A DNA stretch of 64,000 nucleotides from an uncultured Verrucomicrobiae bacterium (lineage in GTDB: Bacteria > Verrucomicrobiota > Verrucomicrobiia > Limisphaerales > J093). How positions within the stretch are numbered: position 1 is the first letter of the stretch; every line of letters begins with the position of its first letter. This document shows, in pieces, positions 10,310 through 19,404 of the stretch. The DNA lies in NCBI GenBank assembly GCA_937976685.1, contig CALJWR010000011.1:532-64531 (forward strand), given 5' to 3'. A model generated the notes under the pieces. It ran no database searches and was not told the origin of the DNA. It saw only the letters and a program-made list of their open reading frames with translations. Both the position numbers and the translations under genes were made by a program.

Positions 10310-10821
10310 GGGCGGGCCTCCTCACCGACCGCCGGCGGAGGTGATGGTGGCCGGACTTCGGCGTATGCCTCCAGCGTGGCGATCGCCTGGCCGAGGTCCG
10401 CGACCGCCGCCCCGAGGTCCGCGACCAGTAAGTGTTGAAGCTGGTCCAATTGTTTCAGGAGGGGATCGGCATGGTTCCCAAAATCCCGTCCCCAGCGGCG
10501 GACCCGCGCAAGCTTGTCCTCCGCCTCGCGCACCGCCTGCTCCGCCCGATGGACCGCCATCTGCAGGGCCGACGCCGGACCGCGCAGGGACGAAAGCCGT
10601 GCGCTCAGCAACTCTTGTTGCGCCTCCTCGAGTCGCCGCTGGCGGCGCCGCAGTTCCGCTTCCCAAAAAGCGCGCCGGTCCTGCTCCAGCCAGGCACGGG
10701 TCTGCGCGGCCTCGGTCTGAGCCTCTTCGAGTGCGGGCCGGGCCTTGCTCCGGTACGTGATGAGGTGCGACCGGAACGCCTCCAGCGCTTCGAGCGATGA
10801 GACATGAGCCTGTGTGGACAT
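10306..10821 (-). CDS. All-helical / coiled-coil hypothetical protein with a Pro-rich tail (putative T7-like accessory protein or substrate)
   Basis: 171 aa, rich in A/E/R/Q/L. Start lies 3 nt after the WXG100 gene stop (TAG CGC ATG). Stop overlaps the next ATG. Confidence 0.65.
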   Translation of the reverse strand: MSTQAHVSSLEALEAFRSHLITYRSKARPALEEAQTEAAQTRAWLEQDRRAFWEAELRRRQRRLEEAQQELLSARLSSLRGPASALQMAVHRAEQAVREAEDKLARVRRWGRDFGNHADPLLKQLDQLQHLLVADLGAAVADLGQAIATLEAYAEVRPPSPPPAVGEEARP

Positions 10822-10824
10822 GCG

Positions 10825-11097
10825 CTAACGCTGCCGGAGGTACTCCTCGATCCGCTGCGCCTTGCGCAACAAATAGGGCGCGTGCTGATTGGCGGACTCG
10901 ATGAATTTCTTCATCGCCTTCATCGTTTGCAGGAACTCTTCGCGAAACTTCTCGTGCTCCTGATCCTGCCACGTCTCACCCAACGCGGCGAACCGGGCCT
11001 GCAACAGGGCCATGCGATTTTGCAGATCGTTGTTGAAACGCTGCAATTCGTCGGCGAATCGCCGCACCTTTTCCGGATCCATGATTGCCTGAGCCAT
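10825..11097 (-). CDS. WXG100-family (EsxA/ESAT-6-like) protein, WxD variant
   Basis: 90 aa: MAQAIMDPEKVRRFADELQRFNNDLQNRMALLQARFAALGETWQDQEHEKFREEFLQTMKAMKKFIE... Helix-turn-helix length, central W-x-(G/D), and F..EF and KF spacing fit the WXG100 pattern. ATG 11097 chosen inside track ORF 10825..11511. GAAAGGA lies 9 nt upstream. Confidence 0.8.
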   Translation of the reverse strand: MAQAIMDPEKVRRFADELQRFNNDLQNRMALLQARFAALGETWQDQEHEKFREEFLQTMKAMKKFIESANQHAPYLLRKAQRIEEYLRQR

Positions 11098-11266
11098 CCC
11101 GCAGGTCCTTTCTCTTCGCGCCGCCCGCTGCCCGACGACCGACGGTAGCACAGCGGGTGCCGGGTTGGGAGCCGGATTCCCGCGCGCGGCCTTCAGCGGC
11201 GCGGTTCGATCATTCGCTACCGTGTCGCCTCGAATGTTGCTCCGGTGGGCCGGCGTCTGAAGAACC

Positions 11267-13138
11267 ATGACTCTGCGCTCTCTCCCCTGCTCCGCGGCGA
11301 TCCTCGCTGGGATACTCTCGTTCGCTCTCCCCGCCGCCGAACCAGCCCCGGAACTCGCCATCCCGTCCGCTTCGAACATCCTCTCCACGATCCGCGCCGG
11401 CCACCCCCGGCTGATCGTCAACGACGCTGACTTCACCGCCCTTCGCGCCCGCGTCAGCGAGGATCCCACGGCGCGGGACTGGTTTGCCAGGCTCAAGACC
11501 GAAGGCGACAAGCTGCTGTCTGCCCCACCCTCCTCCTACGAGATCCCCGACGGCGTGCGCCTCCTCAGCACCAGCCGCCGGGTCCTTTTGCGCGTCCAGA
11601 CACTCGCGCTGCTCCGTCATCTGACCGGCGACACGAATTACACCCGGCGCGCCGGGCTGGAACTGGAGGCCGCCGCCGCCTTTCCGGACTGGAACCCCCG
11701 TCACTTCCTCGACACGGCGGAAATGACCCACGCCTTTGCGATCGGATACGACTGGCTTTTCCACGACTGGACGCCCGCAACCCGCGAACGGCTGCGGACG
11801 GCGATGGTGGAGAAGGGATTCCGGCCGGCCCTCGAAGTGTACCGCAAGAACTCGAGCTGGACGCGCGCCCGGCACAACTGGAACCAGGTCTGCAACGGCG
11901 GGATGGGCTTGGGCGCGCTGGCGCTGGCAGAGGTTGAACCGGAACTGGCCGGCAAAATCCTCTCCGGCGCGTTGACGAGCCTGCAACTGCCGATGCGGGA
12001 ATTCGCGCCCGACGGCGCCTGGGCCGAAGGCCCCGGCTACTGGAATTACGCCACCACCTACACTTGCGCCATCCTCGCGGCGGTCGAATCCGCGCTGGGA
12101 ACCGATTTCGGCCTGGGCGCGATGCCGGGGTTCGCGGACGCCGGCCTCTTTCCGATTTACCTGACCGGCCCGCTGGGCCGCACCTTCAACTACGCCGACG
12201 GGGGCGACGGCACGATCCGGGCGCCGCATTTGTTCTGGATGGCCCACCGCTTTGGCCGTCCCGCCTACGCGGCCTACCAGCGCGCGGTGGCTTCGCCGCA
12301 CCCGCTGGACCTGGTCTGGTGGCGGCCGGAATTTGCATCGGCAGTGCGCGACGACCTGCCCCTGAACAAGCACTTCCGCGCGGCGGAGGTGGTCACCTTC
12401 CGCAATCGCTGGGGCGATCGGAACGCCCTGTTCGTCGGGTTCAAAGCCGGCGACAACAAGGCCAACCACAGCAATCTCGATCTCGGATCCTTCGTGCTCG
12501 ACGCGCTGGGCGTCCGCTGGGTGGTGGACCTTGGCGCGGACGATTACAACCTGCCGGGTTATTTCGGCGCAAAGCGCTGGACCTACTACCGAATGCGCGC
12601 CGAAAGCCATAACACCCTGGTCCTGAATCCAAGCACCGAACCCGACCAAGACCCCAGCGCGGCCGCCCGGATCACTGCCTTCGAGCCCAATCCAAGGCGG
12701 GCTTTTGCGGAGGCCGACCTGACTCCCGCGTATGCACGCCACGCCCGGCAGGTCACGCGACGGCTGACCGTTGCGGACGGCAACCGCGTCGTCATCCGTG
12801 ACCGCGTCCAGGCGCATTCGCCCGCCCAGCTCTGGTGGTTCTTGCACACCCGCGCCGGGGTGAAGCTGTCCGACGACTCCCGCGAAGCGATGCTGACGCA
12901 GGATGGCCAACGACTGCGCGCCCGCGTGGCCGAGCCGCCCGAGGCGACGTTCGCACTCATGGACCCCCAACCTCTGCCATCGTCACCCCGGACTGAAAAG
13001 CAGCACGCGAATGAAGGTGTCCGGAAGCTGGCGATCCAGATCGCGAACGTCCGCGACCTGCGGTTGACCGTGATCCTCACCCCATTGGCCGCCGGCCAGA
13101 ATCCGCCGGCGCTCGATTCGCTGGACCTGCGGGATTGA
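11267..13138 (+). CDS. Heparinase II/III-family polysaccharide lyase-like protein (secreted)
   Basis: Signal peptide. HPRLIV...DW...NHNWNQVCNGGMGLGALAL...GYWNYAT...HSNLDLGSFVLDALGVRWVVDLG, which is heparinase II/III-like. Confidence 0.85.
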   Translation: MTLRSLPCSAAILAGILSFALPAAEPAPELAIPSASNILSTIRAGHPRLIVNDADFTALRARVSEDPTARDWFARLKTEGDKLLSAPPSSYEIPDGVRLLSTSRRVLLRVQTLALLRHLTGDTNYTRRAGLELEAAAAFPDWNPRHFLDTAEMTHAFAIGYDWLFHDWTPATRERLRTAMVEKGFRPALEVYRKNSSWTRARHNWNQVCNGGMGLGALALAEVEPELAGKILSGALTSLQLPMREFAPDGAWAEGPGYWNYATTYTCAILAAVESALGTDFGLGAMPGFADAGLFPIYLTGPLGRTFNYADGGDGTIRAPHLFWMAHRFGRPAYAAYQRAVASPHPLDLVWWRPEFASAVRDDLPLNKHFRAAEVVTFRNRWGDRNALFVGFKAGDNKANHSNLDLGSFVLDALGVRWVVDLGADDYNLPGYFGAKRWTYYRMRAESHNTLVLNPSTEPDQDPSAAARITAFEPNPRRAFAEADLTPAYARHARQVTRRLTVADGNRVVIRDRVQAHSPAQLWWFLHTRAGVKLSDDSREAMLTQDGQRLRARVAEPPEATFALMDPQPLPSSPRTEKQHANEGVRKLAIQIANVRDLRLTVILTPLAAGQNPPALDSLDLRD

Positions 13139-13171
13139 GCAACCCGCGGGAACCCGGTCGGCCCGGTCTCG

Positions 13172-13200
13172 TTGACACGCGCGGAGGCGCCTCCTAGCGT
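13172..13200 (+). promoter_or_regulatory. Putative sigma70-like promoter for the fumarate hydratase genes
   Basis: TTGACA (13172-13177), 17-nt spacer, TAGCGT (13195-13200). The ATG at 13209 implies a very short leader. Confidence 0.3.
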
Positions 13201-13208
13201 TCGCGCGC

Positions 13209-14087
13209 ATGAATTCGCTGTTGGAGTCCCTCCTTGAACTGATTCGCCGCACCTCGGCGGAAATTCCCGATGATGTTCAGCGCGCCATCCTGGCCGCGCT
13301 CGAGGCCGAGAAAAAGGGCACGATCGCCGAGGGCGCGATGAAGATCATCGAGGCCAACATCGCGCTGGCGAAGCAAAAGTCCCAGCCCATCTGCCAGGAC
13401 ACCGGCAGCGTGCTGTTCTACGTGGACGGTCCGCGCGGCTTCGACCTCCTGCAGTTCGAGGATACGGCGCGGGAGGCCGTGAAGCTGGCCACGAAGAAAG
13501 GGTACCTGCGGCAGAATTCGGTGGACTCGATCACCGGGAAGAACGACGGAACCAACGTCGGACCGGGTGCGCCGACCATCCACTTTCACCAGCACCCGGA
13601 ATCGGAGGTCTCCGTCCGGCTGATGCTCAAGGGTGGCGGCTGCGAAAACGTGGGCGCCCAGTACTCCCTGCCGTACGAGAAGCTCCAAGCCGACCGGGAT
13701 CTGGATGGCTGTCGAAAGGTCATTCTCGACGCCGTCCTGCAAGCCCAGGGCAAGGGTTGCGGACCGGGCGTGCTCGGCGTCTGCATCGGTGGCGACCGTG
13801 CCACCGGCTACGAGTTCTCGAAAGTCCAGTTGTTGCGGCCACTCGACGACCGCAACCCCGTGCCGGAGCTGGCCGCCCTCGAGGACGACATCGTCCGCAC
13901 TTCAAACGAACTGGGCATCGGTCCAATGGGCTTTGGTGGCAAGACGACCCTGCTGGGCGCGAAAATCTGTGCCGCCAATCGTGTGCCGGCGTCGTTTTTT
14001 GTCAGCGTCAGCTACATGTGTTGGGCGTACCGGCGCCAGGGCGTCACCCTGGATGCGCAGGGCAAAATCAACCGGTGGCTGTACTGA
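13209..14087 (+). CDS. Fe-S type (class I) fumarate/tartrate hydro-lyase, alpha subunit
   Basis: ...QPICQDTGSVLFYVD...LKGGGCENVG...MCWAYRRQ, the class I fumarase N-terminal domain. Confidence 0.88.
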   Translation: MNSLLESLLELIRRTSAEIPDDVQRAILAALEAEKKGTIAEGAMKIIEANIALAKQKSQPICQDTGSVLFYVDGPRGFDLLQFEDTAREAVKLATKKGYLRQNSVDSITGKNDGTNVGPGAPTIHFHQHPESEVSVRLMLKGGGCENVGAQYSLPYEKLQADRDLDGCRKVILDAVLQAQGKGCGPGVLGVCIGGDRATGYEFSKVQLLRPLDDRNPVPELAALEDDIVRTSNELGIGPMGFGGKTTLLGAKICAANRVPASFFVSVSYMCWAYRRQGVTLDAQGKINRWLY

Positions 14088-14112
14088 CCGCGAACCTCAA
14101 CCGCCCGCTCCC

Positions 14113-14691
14113 ATGCCTGTTTCTCTCCGTACTCCTGTTACCGAGGCCCAAATCCGCTCGCTGAAGGTCGGCGACGCGGTCGAAATCACCGGCATCCTCT
14201 TCACCGGTCGCGATGCCGTTCACAAGTACCTGGCCAAGGGCGGGGCACTGCCGCCCGAGGTGAACCTGCGCGACGGAATCATCTACCACTGCGGACCGGT
14301 GGTGATCAAAGACGACGCCGGCCGTTGGAAGGTTGTGGCCGCCGGCCCCACCACTTCGGCGCGCGAGGAACCGTACCAAGGCGACATCATGCGCAAGTTC
14401 GGTGTCCGCGGGGTGATCGGGAAGGGTGGCATGGGCGCGAAGACACTCGCTGCCTGCCAGGAAGTCGGCGGCGTGTACCTTCACGCGATTGGCGGCGCCG
14501 CGCAGGTGCTCGCCGAGCACATCAAGGCCGTCCGCGGCGTGTACTTCCTCGAGGAGTTTGGTTCGCCGGAGGCGATCTGGGAACTCGAGGTGGAACGCTT
14601 CCCCGTAGTGGTGACAATGGATGCGCACGGCGGCTCGCTGCACCGGGAGGTCTTCGAGCGCAGCCAGGCGGAACTGCTCAAGCGCCTTTAG
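14113..14691 (+). CDS. Fe-S type (class I) fumarate/tartrate hydro-lyase, beta subunit
   Basis: MPVSLRTPVTEAQIRSLKVGDAVEITGILFTGRDAVHKYL...VIGKGGMG. ATG 14113 chosen inside track ORF 13633..14691. Confidence 0.88.
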   Translation: MPVSLRTPVTEAQIRSLKVGDAVEITGILFTGRDAVHKYLAKGGALPPEVNLRDGIIYHCGPVVIKDDAGRWKVVAAGPTTSAREEPYQGDIMRKFGVRGVIGKGGMGAKTLAACQEVGGVYLHAIGGAAQVLAEHIKAVRGVYFLEEFGSPEAIWELEVERFPVVVTMDAHGGSLHREVFERSQAELLKRL

Positions 14692-14718
14692 CAGCGTCGT
14701 CACTGGTACGACGGCGTC

Positions 14719-15060
14719 ATGCACGAACTGGGCATCATCCAGAGCGCCGTGGGCATGGCCCTGGAAACCGCGAACACCCGCGGCGCCACCCGCATCCATG
14801 CCCTGCGAATGCGCGTCGGCGCGCTCAGTGGCGTCGTGCCGGACGCGCTGACTTTCGCGTTCGAGGTCGCCACGCAGGGAACTCTGGCGGAGGGGGCGAA
14901 GCTCGAAATCGAAACGATTCCCGCCACCTGTTGGTGCGCCGCCTGCCAGCGGGAGTTCACCAGTGAAGATTTCTTGGGCGAATGCCCGGCCTGCCACGCG
15001 ATCAGCAACGAACTGCGCCGCGGCCGGGAACTGGACCTCGTTTCGGTCGAAGTCTCGTAG
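14719..15060 (+). CDS. hypA: Hydrogenase nickel-incorporation protein HypA
   Basis: MHELGI N-terminus (Ni site) and zinc motif CWCAAC...CPAC. 113 aa. Confidence 0.9.
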   Translation: MHELGIIQSAVGMALETANTRGATRIHALRMRVGALSGVVPDALTFAFEVATQGTLAEGAKLEIETIPATCWCAACQREFTSEDFLGECPACHAISNELRRGRELDLVSVEVS

Positions 15061-15231
15061 GATCAAGGCAGCCAAGCAGCCGGCCTTTCAGCGCGGGCAA
15101 CCCGCCCCCCGGCGTTTGGGCCCGGAAGCGCGTGCGTCGCCGGGGGGCAAACCGGTCCCGCCGATGCGGCCGTGCCGGGCGGGGGGCGGCGAGTTTTCAC
15201 TGGCCAACCAGCCCGGGCGGCAGCACCTTGA

Positions 15232-17181
15232 ATGCAGGACATGAGTGAGTTAGGCGTGATTGAAACGGTCGTGCGCCGGGCCGCGCTCCGACGGCGCTGG
15301 CAGCGGGCCTGGCGCGGCTTCTGGTGGGGCGTCCTCGTCGGTGCCGCCGGGTTACTGGTGGCGCTGGGGACCTTCAAGCTCCTTCCGGTTCCCATCGGCG
15401 TTCTCGGCTGGGCGGCGGGCTTCCTGGCGCTAGCCTGTATCGTCGGGTTTTTGACGGGCTGGTGGCAACGCGAGTCCCTGTTGCAAACCGCCCGCTGGCT
15501 GGACGAGCAGGAAGCCCTCAAGGAACGCCTCAGCACGGCGCTCGAAGTGGGGCAGAATGAACGCCTCGGGCGCTGGCGCGAACTGGTCGTGCAGGACGCC
15601 GCCGGCCACGCAGGCAAGGTGGATCCCCGTCGCTTGTTGCCGTTCCGCCTGCCCCTAACCAGCCGCTGGGCGCTGGTAACCCTGGCGCTGGCCGCCGGGC
15701 TGGGCTTCGTTCCCGAGTATCGCAGCCAGGCCTACCTGCAGGCGAAACGGGAGCAGGATATCATCCGCCAAACGGGCCGAAACCTCGCTCAACTGAGCAA
15801 GCGTTCCCTCGAAACGCGTCCGCCCGCGCTCGACCGCACCCGCGATTCGGTCCTGGCTGTGGGCGAACTGGGCGAACAACTCGACCGCAACCCGACCACC
15901 CGCTCCGAGGCCCTGCGCGACCTCGCGAAAATGATGGAGCTGATGCAACAGCAGGTTCGGGAAGCGATGAAGGATCCCGCGCTGCAGACGATGCAAAAGG
16001 CCGCCAACACCAGCGGCCGCGAAAACGCCCAGAGCGCCGAACAACTGCAGAAACAAATCGAGGCCCTCCAGAAGGCGATGGACGGAAAAAATCCGAAGCC
16101 GGACGCCCTCGACCAACTCCAGAAACAGTTGACCCAGCTTCAACAGCAGGCCGCCAATCTCGCTGCCCAGGGATCGCAGGCTTCCGACGCCGCCCGGGAA
16201 AGCCTGAGTCGTTCGCTCTCCAGCCTCGCCCGCAGCGCGGAGCAGATGGGCGCCAGCCTCTCGAGCCTCGACGAGGCCATCGCGTCGCTCGAAGCCGGCC
16301 AGATTGACCAGATGCTCAAGAACCTCGAGGTCGCAGAGAAGGACCTTGAGAAGATGCGCGACCTCGCCCAAGCCCTGCAACAGGCCCAACAGCAGGCTGA
16401 GGCGTTGGGCAGGGACCTCGCGGAGCAGTTGAAGCGCGGCCAGGCCGAGGCCGCCATCAGCACCCTGCAAAAGATGATCAACGAACTGAAGACCGGGAAG
16501 GTTTCCCCGGAGCAGTTGCAGGCGATGATGAATGAGATCAGCAAAGCCCTGCCCAACGCCGCCCCCTACGGCAAGGTCCCGGAGTTTTTGCGCGACGCGC
16601 TCCGCAAAATGCAGGCCGGCCAGCAGCCGGCGGCCGCTCAGGCCCTGGCCGACGCCGCCCAGGAACTCAAGGATCTGCTGGACCAGCTCGGTGACGCCCA
16701 GGACATGATGGCGATGATTGACTCCCTCAAGCGCGCCCAGATGTGCGTCGGAACCGGTCAATGCTGGAGCCAGGGGCAGTCCCCGGGGCGCCCGGGTTTC
16801 AAACCGGGCGGCAAGCCCGGGCAGGGAGTCGGCACGTGGGCCGACGAGGACGAGGGTTGGACGAACATCCCGGAAGACACGGGGCTCTGGGACAACTCCG
16901 GGGTCGAACGCCCCGACTTTGACCCGCGCGGCCTGACTGAGCGGGACCCGACGCTGCCGAACAGTCTGACGCCGACCAAGGTAAAGGGACAGTTTCAGCC
17001 CGGTCAGCAGATGCCGAGCATCACCTTGCGCGGCGTCAGCATTAAAGGCCAGAGCACCGTGGCGGTGCAGGAGGCCATCACCGCCGCCCAAAGCGACGCG
17101 CAGGCCGCCCTCAGCCACGAGCAGGTGCCCCGGGCGTATCAGGGTGCGGTGAGATCCTATTTCGACGACCTCAAGCGGTAG
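15232..17181 (+). CDS. Membrane protein with a long Q/A/L-rich coiled-coil region, first gene of the MoxR/VWA operon
   Basis: Two N-terminal TM helices, then about 400 aa of low-complexity helical sequence and a G/P-rich C-terminus. No family recognised. Confidence 0.65.
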   Translation: MQDMSELGVIETVVRRAALRRRWQRAWRGFWWGVLVGAAGLLVALGTFKLLPVPIGVLGWAAGFLALACIVGFLTGWWQRESLLQTARWLDEQEALKERLSTALEVGQNERLGRWRELVVQDAAGHAGKVDPRRLLPFRLPLTSRWALVTLALAAGLGFVPEYRSQAYLQAKREQDIIRQTGRNLAQLSKRSLETRPPALDRTRDSVLAVGELGEQLDRNPTTRSEALRDLAKMMELMQQQVREAMKDPALQTMQKAANTSGRENAQSAEQLQKQIEALQKAMDGKNPKPDALDQLQKQLTQLQQQAANLAAQGSQASDAARESLSRSLSSLARSAEQMGASLSSLDEAIASLEAGQIDQMLKNLEVAEKDLEKMRDLAQALQQAQQQAEALGRDLAEQLKRGQAEAAISTLQKMINELKTGKVSPEQLQAMMNEISKALPNAAPYGKVPEFLRDALRKMQAGQQPAAAQALADAAQELKDLLDQLGDAQDMMAMIDSLKRAQMCVGTGQCWSQGQSPGRPGFKPGGKPGQGVGTWADEDEGWTNIPEDTGLWDNSGVERPDFDPRGLTERDPTLPNSLTPTKVKGQFQPGQQMPSITLRGVSIKGQSTVAVQEAITAAQSDAQAALSHEQVPRAYQGAVRSYFDDLKR

Positions 17182-17275
17182 CGTTGCCCGCCCGGGAAGC
17201 TCCCGGCCGGCGTTTCGGCCGAACCTTGGGGCACTCGTCCACCGGCAGCGACGCTCGAATCCGCCAGCACATCCC

Positions 17276-18277
<1,002 letters not shown>

Positions 18278-18513
18278 CATGAACGTTGAGGGCATCCTCG
18301 CCACCTTCCACAGGCAGCGGGTGGAGCGCATTCTGGTCGCCGCCAGGAATTTCCTCTCGGCGCCGGCGCGGGTCACCGGCAGCGCGGCGGACCGACGGCG
18401 GCGCGAATCCGCAGCGTTTCCAGGAAGATCATGGTTAATCCGGCCGGCAACCCGTTCATGATGTCTTTGCCAGCCGCTCCCCGGCGTGCCGACGTTTGAC
18501 CCGCGCACCCTCC

Positions 18514-19404
18514 ATGCCGCTCCTCACCGCCGATCTGCTGCGCCGCCTCGAGCAACTCCAACTGCTCGCGCAGCGACGCGCCCGGAGCGTCTCGCGCGGC
18601 GAACGCCGCAGCCGCGCCCGCGGCCAGTCGGTCGAGTTCGCCGATCACCGCAATTACGTCTTCGGCGACGATCTCCGCTACCTGGACTGGAACCTGTACG
18701 GCCGGCTGGATCGCCTTTTCCTCAAGCTCTACGAGGAGGAACGCGAACTGCCGGTCCGCATCTTCCTCGATGCCTCGGAATCCATGGCGTTTGGGGAACC
18801 GGTGAAGTTCGACTTCGCGCGTCAGGTGGCGGCGGCCGTGGGCTACGTGGCGCTCTGCGGCTTTGACCGCGTCACCATCCTCCCGTTCCCCGAGAATCGC
18901 GACGAAGCCGTCGCGCGAAGCGGCCTGCGCGCCGTGCGCGGACGCCGGTCCGCGATGGGGATGTTCCAAAACCTCGCCCAACTGACAGCCCGGGGCGCGG
19001 CGGACCTGAACGCGGCGCTCCGCCGCGGCGCCATCGAAGCGCGTCAGACCGGCCTGGCCATCGTCCTCAGCGATTTTCTCGATCCGGCGGGTTACGAAAC
19101 GGGCCTCGACGCGCTCGTCGGACGCGGCTTCCAGGTGGATGTGGTTCACATTCTCGCCCCGGAGGAATTGGCACCGACCATCTATGGCGACCTGCGGCTG
19201 GTGGACTCCGAGACCGGGGCGCAGCAGGAGGTGACCTTCGGCAAGTACCGGCTCGCGGCGTATCAACGGACCGTGCAGGCGTTTTGTCAGCGGCTGCGGG
19301 AGTACTGCGCCGGGCGCGGGATCACGTACTTCCTCGCCAGCAGCGCGACCCCGCTGGCGGACCTGCTGCTCAAACAACTGCGCGCGGCCGAGGTGTGGCG
19401 ATGA
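18514..19404 (+). CDS. DUF58 domain protein (MoxR-associated)
   Basis: GQSVEFADHRNYVFGDDLRYLDWNLYGRLDRLFLKLYEEE. ATG 18514 preferred over the track's TTG at 18496. Confidence 0.85.
   Translation: MPLLTADLLRRLEQLQLLAQRRARSVSRGERRSRARGQSVEFADHRNYVFGDDLRYLDWNLYGRLDRLFLKLYEEERELPVRIFLDASESMAFGEPVKFDFARQVAAAVGYVALCGFDRVTILPFPENRDEAVARSGLRAVRGRRSAMGMFQNLAQLTARGAADLNAALRRGAIEARQTGLAIVLSDFLDPAGYETGLDALVGRGFQVDVVHILAPEELAPTIYGDLRLVDSETGAQQEVTFGKYRLAAYQRTVQAFCQRLREYCAGRGITYFLASSATPLADLLLKQLRAAEVWR

Noticed and set aside
10825-11511. Full 228-aa track ORF for the WXG100 gene
   Set aside because: The upstream 138 codons are R/A/G-rich with no helical pattern and run across the divergent promoter region towards the heparinase-like gene. 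The ATG at 11097, with a GAAAGGA upstream, gives the canonical WXG100 length of about 90 aa.
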